From: Raja brachyura
Taxonomy: Eukaryota
Direction of reading: 5' to 3'
Assembly (NCBI GenBank): GCA_963514005.1
Contig: OY740811.1
Location: forward strand, 24,924,001-24,988,000
Length of the DNA stretch: 64,000 nt
This document shows, one piece after another, positions 12,481-24,261 of this stretch; position 1 is the stretch's first letter; every line of letters starts with the position of its first letter. The translations under genes and the position numbers were made by a program. The notes under the pieces were generated by a model that ran no database searches, was not told the DNA's origin, and saw only the letters and a list, made by a program, of their open reading frames with translations.

Positions 12481-14564
12481 AATATTCTAAGGCCACTTCT
12501 CCTGTCTTAACGTGACAAAGGAGTGATACTACTGCTAACTTCATTTGTCCAAATTAGCTCTATGGAAAACAGCCACATATTGTAACACACCTGCAGTTAC
12601 CCAACACGTCCCGAATTTGCCTTGCCAGTGACAGTCAAGGTAATGCTGGTTCTGAATTTTCATGTCTATGGCTCTTTCCAAACTGGTGCTGAGCCAAGTC
12701 ACTTCTTCAAGTTTGCAATGTATTGCTGCATAAGAAAGTTAATGGCAGTTCCCAACAAAAGGATAGATAAGTTAATTTTCATCTATTTGGGTAAAACCTT
12801 CAGGCAGATAAAACAGAGTATGAAGTTGGTAGCTAGGATGTGGGATTTAATAATGCTTTTGTTGATCTTGACCAAGCCTGAAGTTGTGTCTATGCCTTCA
12901 AGTTATTAAGGTTTCACTGCTGCTTTAAAACTTGATTATGATCTTCCCCCTCCATACTACTCCCACACAATATCCCCATTCCCTCAGAGCCTTATACCTC
13001 TAACCACAGCTGTTTTGCTGTGGCCTGCAATGGTTTCCTGCACAGGAATCTTTTCCTCTGTCTTATCAACCTAGATATTCAGGGCCAAGGCTTAAAATTC
13101 AGAAAAATGCTCTTATCTGTGCTCCTCCGTGGCATCCAGCCAGCTCGCAACGTTCATGGAATGACTTCCACATGTGGTCACAGGGAATTTGGAATTCCAC
13201 TTTAAGTGGCAGAGATGTAAGTTTAATCAGTACTAACCTTTTTCAGTTGCTTCTAGCTGCTCACACCATTGGATTCTACAGCTGTGCACCTAAGCTCGTC
13301 ATAGTGCAATTTGTGGTTGACACCACGATTGTGATGATGAGATGGGAGTAACAATTTTGAATCCAGGTGAATCCAAGACAAACAGGCCACAGGCGTAGGT
13401 GGATCCACACCCGTGTTCCCAATGCTATGGCAGACACAACTACCCCCAGCCTTTAATTTTAACGAAGGACTTTAATGATATATAGGTCATGCAATAATGC
13501 AAGCATCCTATGTCCTTGTGCAGAGCAAGAGACCATAAAATACAAATCAGGCACACTGACATCGATCTTGGTTTTCTACTCCCTTTGTTTGGTGCTGGTA
13601 GACAGGAGCAGAATTTCAACCTCTTTATAAAGGATGTTGGATTCGTATGCAAGCTCGGCTGAATCCAACACCTGTTTAAACATTAATGAAGTCATACACA
13701 GACATTGAATGTTGCTTTATCTCAGAGGGTCACCATTGTTCACATGCTAATGTATTCATGAGAGTAAGGAGGGTAATTTACATTTAAAGCTAATTGTGAA
13801 AAGGTGTGTTGGTATATAAAATTCAGATTGACAAAATTATGTAATGCAGTTTAATCAAGATAATAATGTATCCAATTAACATGATCAACTACATTTATAT
13901 GTAACATAAAAAGTTACATACAAATTATTTAATAAAATGAAATTTAAAAATGTTGATAATATGCACAGGCACTGATTCCAGGTTGTGGATTCGAGTAATA
14001 AGTTTATAATTAGAAGAATGACTAAGTTAAATGAAAAACTTACAAAATGATGTTCAAGCAATTTATTGATATGATTATTATTGCCATTATACCTGCACTT
14101 GTTATAATCTTTTGATGTGTCTCCTCTCTGTGGTGTCATGGCCTCAGAATATGTGTAGCTAGAGTTCATGGTATGTACTGTTGGAAAATGAATGTCAAAA
14201 GAGCAGGATTTTCACATATATCTTTTTTTTTAATGTGAACTCCCTCCTTTGTTCAATGATTTTTAAACTTTTATATTTCCCCCACCTCCTACCAATTAAA
14301 CTGAAATGAGAATTATTAGCAGAAACAACCAATGAGTTTCCTCAAGTTGCTAAGCAACAATACACATACTACGATTGGCTTCAGGTTCCAGATTCCTTTC
14401 TTTGCAAGTGTTATCTTGAAGATTATTCTGGCACTCACCTTGATTGCAATATACATGGACTCGATTGGATGTAAATATAGTCCACTTAGATACCGACAAT
14501 TGTGGCTAGGTTTGCATATGCTATGAGGGGTTACAAAGTGAAGGAAGTCATGCAGAATTGCTGG

Positions 14565-16090
14565 CAACGCACATTCCTCCTTGACAAACTGAATGCGTTC
14601 TATGCTCGTTTTGAATAGACGGTCGGCGGAATGACAACACTCATCCCAACAGCCGTGGGTGTACCTGTACCCACAGTCACCATTGCAGTCGAAGGCAACT
14701 GGCCCAAATGGAGTCCCTGCTCATGTCCTCAAAACCTGCATGGACCAGCTGCAGGAGTATTGACAGAGTTCTTTAACCAGTCCCTACTCCAATCTGAGGT
14801 TCCCACCTGTCACTATCACCCCAATGACATAAGTAAGACAAGGTAGTATGCCTTAATGACATCCACCATTACAAAGTGCCTCAAGAGGCAAGACATGATG
14901 TCCATTGACTCCAGCATCCAGGACCGCCTTGATCCACTGCATCTGGTCCATGGCAGATGACATCTCCCTCTCAAACCTGGAACATCTGCATAACGTGGAC
15001 ACCGATGCCAGGCTCCTATTTATTGACTACAGCTCTACCTTCAAGACCATCATTACAATCAAATTCATCTCCATGCATCTGGACCTAGGAGTCAGCAAAT
15101 CGCACTGCAACTGGATCCATAACATGCTGACACTTAGACCGCAATCAGTAAGGATAGGTGACAAATTATCCTCCACATAATACTCGACACCAGTATCCAG
15201 AAGGCTACTTTCTCAGCCGCATACCAATACGCTCACGACTGTACAGTCAAATTCTGCTCTAACTCTATTTTCAGATGATACCACTGTGATGAATGAGCCA
15301 GTTATCAAACAATGATGAGAGAGAGTACTGGAAAACAAATAAGACATCAAAATGAAGGAGTTAGACATTCACTATAGGAAGCATCAGTCTGTATCCATGG
15401 TGTCAAAGTGGAGATGGTCGAGCGCTTCAAGTCCTTTGGTGCTAACATCACCAATGATTTGTCCTGGTCCACTCACATTGACACTGTGGTTAAGAAAACG
15501 TACCATGCCTCTTCTTCCTCAGAAGCCTAAAGAAATTCAACCTGCCTCCAATGCCATACCAATTTCAAGAGTCAAGAGTGTTTGATTGCAATATATGTCC
15601 CAGATAGAACAATGAAATTCTTACTTGCAGTAGCAATTTCTAGATACACACCATAGAAAGCTACCTATCAAGATGCTTGACAGCCCATCATGTAAATCAG
15701 CCTCCTCCACCCCCCCCCCCCCCCACCCCTTTCCATTAAATCATTCTACACATCACGCTGCCTCCAAAAAGCAACCAACATAATCAAGGTCACTCACACA
15801 CTGGTAATTCTCCCTTTTCCCCTCTCCTGCTGGGAAGAGGAATACAAAAGCTCAAACGCACATACCACCAGATTCAATAGTAGCTTCATTCCCACTGCTA
15901 TCAGACTCCTGAATGCATCTCTCATATGCCTCTCATATCTATGTAGATGTAACACTATGTTCTGCACCCTGTTTATTTTTTTTCTTTTGCTCTACCTGAT
16001 GTACCCATGTATGGTATAATTTGCATGGATAGCTGCAAAACAATTCTTTTTTGCCTAATGTTGGTGCATTTGACCAGAATAAACCAATAT
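14565..16090 (+). mobile_element. Degenerate Rex1/Babar LINE with RT remnants
   Basis: LDKLNAFYARF; GVLTEFFNQSLLQSEVPTC; ARLLFIDYSSTFKTII; AATAAA tail near 16078. Confidence 0.85.
15567..15633 (-). mobile_element. Tiny inverted Rex1 tail insertion with 7-bp TSD
   Basis: CAATTTC at 15560-15566 and 15634-15640 flanks the reverse complement of the tail seen at 30-96. Confidence 0.75.
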
Positions 16091-16254
16091 CAAACTAATA
16101 TCAAAGACAGTGATCATTTAAATGAAAACAGGTTTTCCTTAGCAAAATTAATTTTTAAAATAGCATACAGTTAGGTTATCAAAGGGTTCCCGATGAATTC
16201 ATGCTTTACTGATCTAGCTCATGACAGCATTCCAAGATCAGGGAAGTAGATGTG

Positions 16255-16376
16255 TAAGAAGAAACTGCAGATGCTGGTTTAAACTGAGGATAGACACAGA
16301 AAGCTGGAGTAACTCAGTGGCAGCATCTCTGGAGAGAAGGAATGGGTGATGTTTTGGGACAAGACCCTTCTTCAGG
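16255..16376 (-). mobile_element. Penelope terminal repeat (hammerhead GAAA mutated to AAAA)
   Basis: Reverse complement reads CTGAAGAAGGGTCTTGTCCCAAAACATCACC...AAACCAGCATCTGCAG. Confidence 0.8.
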
Positions 16377-16464
16377 GATGTAGATAGACTGAGCTCCCAA
16401 TCCTAATTACCACCCAGTGACTTATTGAAAGACTAGGGTGAATATCAGGTGTGTTACAAATAGA

Positions 16465-17170
16465 AAACAACTCTAGCTTATCCAATCTTTTCTTATGGGT
16501 CAATTTTTCTAATTCTGGGAACATCCCCATTAATCTCTACACCCTCTCTGATACAATTACATATTTCCTGTAAAGTGGTGATCAGAACTCTATGCAGTAT
16601 TGAAACCTTGGCTTAACAAGTGTTATATTCGGTGCACACATAAACAAGGGTCAAATTACTTACTGGTCAAATATTTCATTGATGGAACATTTGAGGAAGA
16701 AACATTAGTCACATGTTGACATAATGAAAATATTATAAGTGAAATGCAAGGACCTGATTGGTTCCATGAGTGAAGATAATGCATACCCTGATGCATAACT
16801 GCATATTATGTGAACAAAGCATATTTTGGGCAAAAAACGTCTTACGTTTCTTCTCTTGCACAGTTGCATCCGAAACATACCTTCAGTCACTTTCTCCTCA
16901 GTACACTGTACCAGCCATAACAACTCACTTTCATCTAGGAGCATAACCTCTAATATTATGTCATGGTTAGTAAAGGAAAGCCTCCCAAAAATGCTTTTCC
17001 ATGACATCTGTCCTACCACCTTTTGAGGATCTGTGGACCTACGCTGCAAGGTCGCTCTGTTTAACACCTCACAGAAGCCTCCCATTTATCGGGTGTTCCC
17101 TTGCGCTGTTTTTCCTCCTGAAATGCGTTACCTCACACTTCTCCAGACTGAATTCCACTTGCAAATGCTT
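16465..17170 (-). mobile_element. Old CR1 fragments
   Basis: Reverse-complement CR1 motifs (GTGGTGATCAGAAC, CTCACACTTCTCCAGACTGAATTCCA); heavily decayed. Confidence 0.55.
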
Positions 17171-17489
17171 TCTTTCCTTCTTTTATTGTTGTTACGTCCC
17201 AGATGTTCAACAAAAAATCTTTACTCGATAGACCTGTGAAATGTATAAAGTAAAAAAATAACAATGTGTTAATCACACCAATTCAAGACAGACTGTTTAC
17301 ACTTCAGGGTGAGGAAGGAACAATTAAGCAATCTAAATGCAGCAAGCTATGTGCTGCATTTTCATAATACTCTGATAGATCACTTTGGGATCCATATCAA
17401 TTCGATTATATACTGTGTCCTCAAGACGATATCAGTGCTGATACCAGTTGAAACTATTAGTTGCAGAGACTTGGTGACACAGTAGTTTG

Positions 17490-17641
17490 GACACTGGTCT
17501 TTTGGCTTGGAGTTCTTGATTCAAATGTAGTTAGATTGACAGGGTGAAATATTTTTCTAACTGCTGACACTGGTCTTTTGGCTTGGAGTTCTTGATTCAA
17601 ATGTAGTTAGATTGACGGGGTGAAATATTTTTCTAACAGCT
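17490..17641 (+). repeat. Tandem duplication, 2 x 76 bp
   Basis: 17490-17565 and 17566-17641 differ at only 2 positions. Confidence 0.95.
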
Positions 17642-18930
17642 GAAAAGTGAAGTTCCTTCATAAAATATAGTTATACTGGCCTTGAAGACGAACTGATACT
17701 GTTTGAGAATGTTGCCAAGAAGCCCAAAAGGAGCAAATATGGGAAACGGAATAAACAATTTTACTTTGGGAAAATGCGAGAAACTATTATTAAGAATGAG
17801 ATAACAAGACACTTGGAAAATATCAATAGGATTGGATGAATTAACATGAGTGAGTGTTCCATTGATCCAAACGCAGGCAAATTGGACTAACTTAGATAGG
17901 GCATCTTGGTTGGCACATATGAGTTGGGTCAAAGGGCTAAGTTTTCCTTTAGTTCCTCGCCTTCAATGGGTTTTAGGTTTGCTACTATTTCTGGAAAGCT
18001 ATTCAGGTGCTTCATACTTGTCATATACTTGACATACCACTTTAAATCTCCTGGCCTTGGTAAAGATTGGGTAAAAATAAAGTCCATTCTGTTACTTTTC
18101 CTGTGAGGTTTAATTACTTCTGATAATGCTAAACAGCCAGATGATAGAAAAATAATTAAAGAGTAGAGAGGTTTGACTGATCTTTCCCTCCCAAACCATG
18201 GATTATGAAGGATTCTGTTACATGAATGGGATGAGCTGAGAAGAGACTGCAGATTGAAATTACATATTCTTGATGTACTATCCACTATGCTACATTCACC
18301 AAAGCCCAATAAAAGATTCGCAGGAGCTGATAAATATTTTGACCATGGCATTTTGTGATGGAGGAATTGGCCTGGACTTCTTTGTGATATTAGAAATGGG
18401 TTTTATGACATACAAAATAACATATCTGAATGGTGTAAATATGATGTAGAGTCTGGTTGGAATGGCAGGAGGGGTGCTTCTTGCGAGTTTAGAAGTCACA
18501 ATGCTCCATGGATTTCCAGCAAACATCTTAAATCATTCTGAAATTTTGGACAAAATATCTACAAAATATATTATTTTTATTAGTATGGTGACTTTATTGT
18601 TTATATCATTCTGACATTTCTTCGCTGAAAGAGTGCTGAGGCAGTCGAACACACATATGTGGAATAAATGGGATTTATTTCATACCCAAATATATATATA
18701 CATATTTAAAGTTGTTGATTATACATGAAAACAACTTTGCTTGATCACATCACCATTATTCGAATTGCTTAAACAAAAATATCTCCCGCTCACGTTGTGT
18801 TGTTGCAGACTGATGATCCACAAAACACAAAATAGCGTGTTGTGTAAAAAAACTACTGATGACTAATTCTGAGAATAAATGATAGCGAATGAACTTTGGG
18901 GAAAAAAAAACTCCTCCCTCTGCCTTGTAG

Positions 18931-19452
18931 ATTTCACCGCGAATGATCTGTGAAACCAGTTATTGCATGTTTGTAGGCTGCTGTTAGAATCGGTGGGCAG
19001 TGTGCTGGTTCCTGGAAGAGCCCTGGGGGAGTCAGACGCATTCTTGGCTGAGATTCAATGCCTGACCTAGACGCCGACAAACAGAGGGGAGAAGGCAGTC
19101 TGAGCTGCAAGGTCGTATTGTGTGGATGTGCTGGGTCTTCACGCTTGCAGATTGTGGAGCGCAGAGGAAAAAGGAAACAAAGTGCAGACTCTGAAACAAA
19201 ATTGGGGACTGGATTTCGGGAGGACTTGTTTACTGACCGTCTGTTTGAAGAAATCTTTTTGAAAGAGCACGGTTGTGGGTATGTTTGAAGGCAAGAGTAC
19301 TGCAGAAACACAGCACGCCTGAGAGACTGGATTTCATGAGCTACTTTAATTCCGTCTGCGCTGGTGGGGCAAACTTGGACGCCGCGGCTTTTTAAAGAAG
19401 GGTTTATCTGATTTTTTTTACAAAACGGGTCTGCTTTGGGGGGTCCGGAATC
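18931..19452 (+). other. SKI: Probable SKI 5' UTR portion, containing upstream ATGs
   Basis: Shift from AT-rich to balanced composition with retained CpGs near 18930; no TE recognised; uORF at 19058-19288 in the ORF track. Confidence 0.5.
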
Positions 19453-20361
19453 ATGGAGACTCTACCAAGATCTAGTTTTCAGCCTCATCCAGGGCTCCAG
19501 CAAACCTTAAAGCAGTTTCATCTCAGCAGTATGAGTTCGCTCGGTGGACCGGCGGCTTTTTCTGCCCGATGGGCTCAGGAGATGATGTACAAAAAGGAAA
19601 CTGGGAAAGAAACGGATCAGATTATACATCTACCCATACAGCCCCCTCCTGTAATGCCGGGCCCCCTCTTTATCCCTTCGGACCGATCAACGGAGAGATG
19701 CGAGACCATTCTGGAGGGGGAGACCATTTCTTGTTTCGTAGTTGGTGGGGAAAAGAGGCTTTGCTTGCCTCAGATTCTGAACTCCGTCCTTAGAGATTTT
19801 TCTCTCCAGCAGATCAATTCGGTATGTGATGAATTGCATATTTACTGCTCTAGATGCACGGCAGACCAGCTGGAGATCCTGAAAGTCATGGGGATTTTGC
19901 CTTTTTCGGCTCCATCCTGTGGCTTGATCACCAAGACAGACGCAGAGAGGCTTTGCAATGCTTTACTCTACGGAGGAACCTACCCTCCCCATTGCAAAAA
20001 AGAATTTTCCAGCACCATTGAGCTAGAGATCACGGAAAAAAGCTTCAAAGTGTACCACGAGTGTTTTGGGAAGTGCAAGGGACTCTTTGTGCCTGAGTTG
20101 TACGGCAACCCTCATGCTGCGTGCATCCAGTGTATGGACTGCAGGCTGATGTATCCTCCTCACAAATTTGTAGTGCACTCGCACAAATCATTAGAAAACA
20201 GAACCTGCCACTGGGGTTTCGATTCGGCCAACTGGAGAGCCTATGTTCTGTTGAGTCAGGATTACACCGGAAAAGAGGAGAAAACTCGATTGGAACAGTT
20301 GCTGGATGAAATAAAAGAGAGATTTGACTACAGCAATAAATACAAAAGAAAAGCACCCAGG
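19453..20361 (+). CDS. SKI: SKI proto-oncogene, first coding exon (303 codons, phase-0 donor); rest of gene lies beyond the window
   Basis: The ORF starts [40 protein letters not shown] (Ski N-terminal R-SMAD-binding motif). It continues into the DHD ([21 protein letters not shown]...[13 protein letters not shown]) and the SAND-like Zn domain ([10 protein letters not shown]...CIQCMDC...FVVHSH...[11 protein letters not shown]). It ends KYKRKAPR, followed by AGG|GTAAGC (GT at 20362-20363), the equivalent boundary to human SKI exon 1. The short N-terminus favours SKI over SKIL. Start context is ATCATGG. Confidence 0.96.
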
Positions 20362-23039
20362 GTAAGCATTTCTAACTTCAGACGCATCCCTTAGTAAAGA
20401 TAATAATAGTGGATGGTTTCCCACTGACGTGTAAAGGAAACCAGGTCACAATAGTGTTAAATGTGCTTAATTAAAATATCTCAATTCAAGTTTTCTTTAA
20501 ACCCATTACGGTGAGTCATGGGCTTGGTTTCTGTAACCCTTTCTGCAAAAGTTTATACATTTCACTACAAAAAAAGTCACATTATTTTCGGTTTCACAAG
20601 TAGCGAAACTGGACACGCTTGTACTGAACATGCTAGTTCAGTATGCAGTTTCTTGCATTTTGTTTAACATCAGCTCCGTAGAAAATAAGCATATATCTAA
20701 AAATACGTATTTTTCTTCGCTTGATGGGGACATTTTAAATCATGAATGATATCTTTAAATACTCGATGGTGTGTATTTTAATCACTTCCCATTATAGATA
20801 ATGACGTGCTAAGTTGAGGCATTAAGTTGACTACAGGCTGCTCAATATGCAGGTTTCTGAGCTGGGTGTGTTTCCCTCCTCACTAATATGTGGGAGGGGT
20901 TTTGCGCGATGTGTATAGGGAGAGCTGTCGGTTAACTCCGGGCATGTCCTGTGCAGAGCCACGCTTTATCCAATCCACATCCACCCAGCAGATCCCGAGG
21001 AGATTTCTTACCAAGGGGCTATTTATAAAGCGAACTAGGAAGCTGCTTAAGTTGATTCAGTGTGAATATAGTTGTGATCAGATTCGTACACTAGAAATTG
21101 CACACGCATTTGTACTGTCTTTGACTGGGGACACCCGATTCAAGGTGGTGAAACTTTGAAAGCATGCTATCGTTGTAGTTTAAAAGCCCCGAGTTCCGGT
21201 AAATTTCCCTTGGCTCACTTAAGATCTTGATGTCGATGTAAAAAAAGACGTCCATCGGGCTGGAATTAATTACAATATTTGTTTATGGGATGCCTTGTTT
21301 TATTCCATTTTTAGGATAGGGACGGGCGGATTCTGCGCTGATATGTAGCTGGGTAAAGGTTACGGCCGTGAACCCAGGGCTGCCTCTTTTTTTGAATGGA
21401 AAATGAGTTCATTTGCATCAATTGTTATGAATTAAATAAAAGCAGCGGAGCGGGTATACTTGGGACATTGTTTGACGAGTGCACTGTTTGACTTTCAATG
21501 GGCTAATTCATTCCCTTGCGCCTTTCGGGGGTTGCCACTTTTAAGACTGTGCATATTACACGGATAATTACAGAGCCTCTAGGAAACCGAAAGCCAGCAG
21601 CTGAGGCAAAGAATGCGTCGGGTGTGTCACTCAACACTTTCTGAAAACAACAGTATCCTAAAGGAGAGAGTTAACTTTAAAAAAAAAAGAATTAATTTAC
21701 TGAATTAATTTACTGCAGTGTATCTTCCATGTTTGAAAAATGTAACTTTTAAAAGGGGTGAAGTTGTGATTTGAAGAAACCGAAGCGATCCATTTGCTTG
21801 AAAAGTAAAATATTACTCCTCAACATTACTATTTCAAAACTGAGACCCATCTTGTATACTTGTTCAAAAACATGCCAATTTATAAACGCACGATTACGGG
21901 GAAATGTAGTATCTTGTATCCTTTGTGCCACCTGGCACAACTGATCTTTGCATCCAGTTTTAAAGGCCAGATATATCCTCGGTTTTATAAGAAATTACTC
22001 ATACAGATAATTGTACGAAGAAATCAGTTACACCTTCTCTGTACCCTCCGTGTCCTTTCTGCACACTCATGCAATTTCGATTTGTCAGTGTGCAATCTTC
22101 AATTTGCTGTTTTGTAATTAGAATTCAATCTCACCAGCTTCACATTGCTGCACATCAGCCAGAAATAATGGGAAAATCACGTGCAATAAAGACAGGAAGT
22201 TGTGGCGAATGAGATTTGACTGGATATTGTGAAAGGACAATGTTCAGAAGTGTTACAAAGCCTCGTGTTCAGACTTTGTCAATATTTGACTTGAGTTATC
22301 ACTTTCACCTATTTAATATATTTTTAGCTCGATTAGAGTAGGTGGATGTTGAAAATGATTTGCATCCCTAGTTGTGAAATTTTGATATTGGGAATATTTA
22401 AATTTCCAATATTTTCCCAAGTCTTTTTTTGGTGCCTATTTAATGCAGGACCCAACGTTCAACAACAGTATTTCACACTTTGCAGTATACATGGGAAGAC
22501 AACATTCCAGAAGAAAAAAAGCGACACATTTGAAATTAATGCTGAAAAAATTAAATAGGACATACAACACCTGTTTTGTGATGAAGGTTCCTACCCTGAA
22601 ATATTAATTGTTTCCTCCTCCACAGATGCTGCCTGACTTGCTGAGTTTTCCCAATATTTTGTTTCTAAATTAGGGATTTGAGTAGTTTTAGTATCACATC
22701 TCTGAAAAATTGATATTTTGAATAAAGTGTGGCCTAGAGATGAATTATCTAGTATAAAATTTCGGAATGTTATAGCTTCAGTATACATTTTAAGCTACAC
22801 GTTTCTACATATGTAAGTACTCAGGCGGGAAAGTTAAAAGTGACTTTAGAATGCTCTCTCACAGTTTGTCTTGTCTGCCTTAGCAAGCCTTTAATGTTTG
22901 GTTGTAAGAACAGATATACACCCAATAAGAGCTGTTTCATTGGGCAATGTGCCAGATGACCTGATGGAAACTCATGTGCTCAGGCTCAGGGTGCTTGTGT
23001 GAACTCCCTCTTACAATTGACACGTGTCCAATCTGATTA

Positions 23040-23160
23040 TTAAGAGTGTCAGTGTTATGGGGAGAAGGCAGGAGAATGGGGTTGAGAGGGAAAGAAAGTT
23101 CAGCCATGATTGAATGGCGGAGTAGACATGATGGGCTGATTCTACTTCCAGAACCTATGA
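23040..23160 (+). mobile_element. CR1 3' tail
   Basis: GGGGAGAAGGCAGGAGAATGGGG...CAGCCATGATTGAATGGCGG, similar to 9090-9190. Confidence 0.75.
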
Positions 23161-23184
23161 GGTACCACGCCACCAGAACCATCT

Positions 23185-23435
23185 CAAGAGTGGTTTATTG
23201 TCCTATGTCCCAGATAAAACACTGAAATTCTTACTTGCAGCAGCGCAACAGAATATGTAGACATGAAAGCAGACACAAAATGCTAGAGTAACTCAGTAAC
23301 TCAGCGGGACAGGCAACATCCCGCTGAGTTACTCCAGCATCTTGTATCTATCTTCGGTGTAAACCAGCATCTGCAGTTACTTCCTACACATAATACGTAA
23401 GCATAGTACTCTATAAACAATATAATAAGCGACAA
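23185..23435 (-). mobile_element. Rex1 tail (-) containing an inverted Penelope terminal-repeat insertion (23268-23390)
   Basis: TCAAGAG..TTTATTGTC..GAAATTCTTACTTGCAG tail interrupted by head-to-head GAGTAACTCAG / CTGAGTTACTC arms. Confidence 0.75.
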
Positions 23436-23671
23436 AAAAAAGTGAATTGTGTGTGTGTGTATAAATATATACACATATATATCCCGTCATCGTAGTATTA
23501 GTTTCAGTGATTTGAGATTCCACATTTTCCAACCTTTGGGGCTGTTGTTCAGGAGGTTTTGTTCGTGCGGTGAATATTTGTCATATATGCCCTCGGCCCG
23601 ATGTTCGCGGTGAAAGTCAAAGTTGATTTTAAGCATAAACTCGCCGCCCGATTTGAGGGGGGCACCCGGCG

Positions 23672-23905
23672 GCCGTTGGGGAGCGCGGTTGCCGTTGGTG
23701 ACGGCGGCCGCGCGGGGCCGTTGGTGGCGGCCGGCGGGCGCGCGCGAGGCCGTTGGTGGCGGGCGGGCGGGCGCGCGCGGGGCCGTTGGCGGCGGCGGGC
23801 GGGCGCGCGCGGGGCCGTTGGCGGCGGGCGGGCGGGCGCGCGCGGGGCCGTTGGCGGCGGGCGGCCGGCGGGCGCGCGGGGCCGTTGGTGGCGCGCGCGC
23901 GGGCT
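23672..23905. repeat. GC-rich minisatellite (~32-34 bp unit) within a CpG-rich unclassified element (~23485-24085)
   Basis: GCCGTTGG recurs at 23672, 23691, 23717, 23749, 23782, 23814, 23847 and 23881, separated by GGGC repeats and CG dinucleotide runs. Confidence 0.9.
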
Positions 23906-24087
23906 GTCGAGGGTCGAGGGCGCCGTGGAATGGCCGCAGGTAGTCTGCCTCAGCCGCCACCTCCCCCCCCCCCCCACCTCACTAAACACGTCGGGAAGGC
24001 TTGAGTATTTGTTTTTTAAAAAGTGTTTTGTAGCTCCTTTTTGAAGTGTCAAAGATAATAGAAGTGTTTATATAGCAAGAAGGGACA

Positions 24088-24261
24088 AGCGGGTCAGGCA
24101 GCATCTCTGGAGAAAAGTTAGTCTGGGTTTGAGTCTGAAGAAGAGTCTCGGCCCGAAACGTCACTTATTCCTTTTATCGAGAGATGCTGTCTGATCCGCT
24201 GAGTTATCCCAACGTTTTGTGTCTACTGTTTAAACCAGCATCTGCAGTTCCTTCCTACACA
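24088..24261 (+). mobile_element. Penelope terminal repeat with 5' inverted segment
   Basis: 24088-24117 is the inverted copy of 24171-24200; ends AAACCAGCATCTGCAGTTCCTTCCTACACA. Confidence 0.85.
24130..24167 (+). ncRNA. Minimal type I hammerhead ribozyme motif (Penelope-derived), intact core
   Basis: Stem I TGAGT/ACTTA; CTGAAGA (24135-24141); stem II GAGTC-TC-GGCCC (one mismatch); GAAA (24155-24158); palindromic ACGT stem III; GTC cleavage triplet (24160-24162). Confidence 0.7.

Noticed and set aside
20362-20394. ORF extension [10 protein letters not shown] suggesting a single-exon 313-aa protein
   Set aside because: It is read-through past a canonical GTAAG donor at the conserved exon boundary; the sequence alone gives no evidence for an intron-retained isoform.
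23672-23905. Regularly spaced repeats superficially like a CRISPR array
   Set aside because: The intervening sequences are themselves repetitive rather than unique spacers, the context is a vertebrate intron, and there are no cas genes.
23487-24052. Five overlapping long Arg/Ala/Gly/Pro-rich ORFs on both strands
   Set aside because: They are an artefact of a stop-free GC minisatellite, with low complexity and no recognisable domain.
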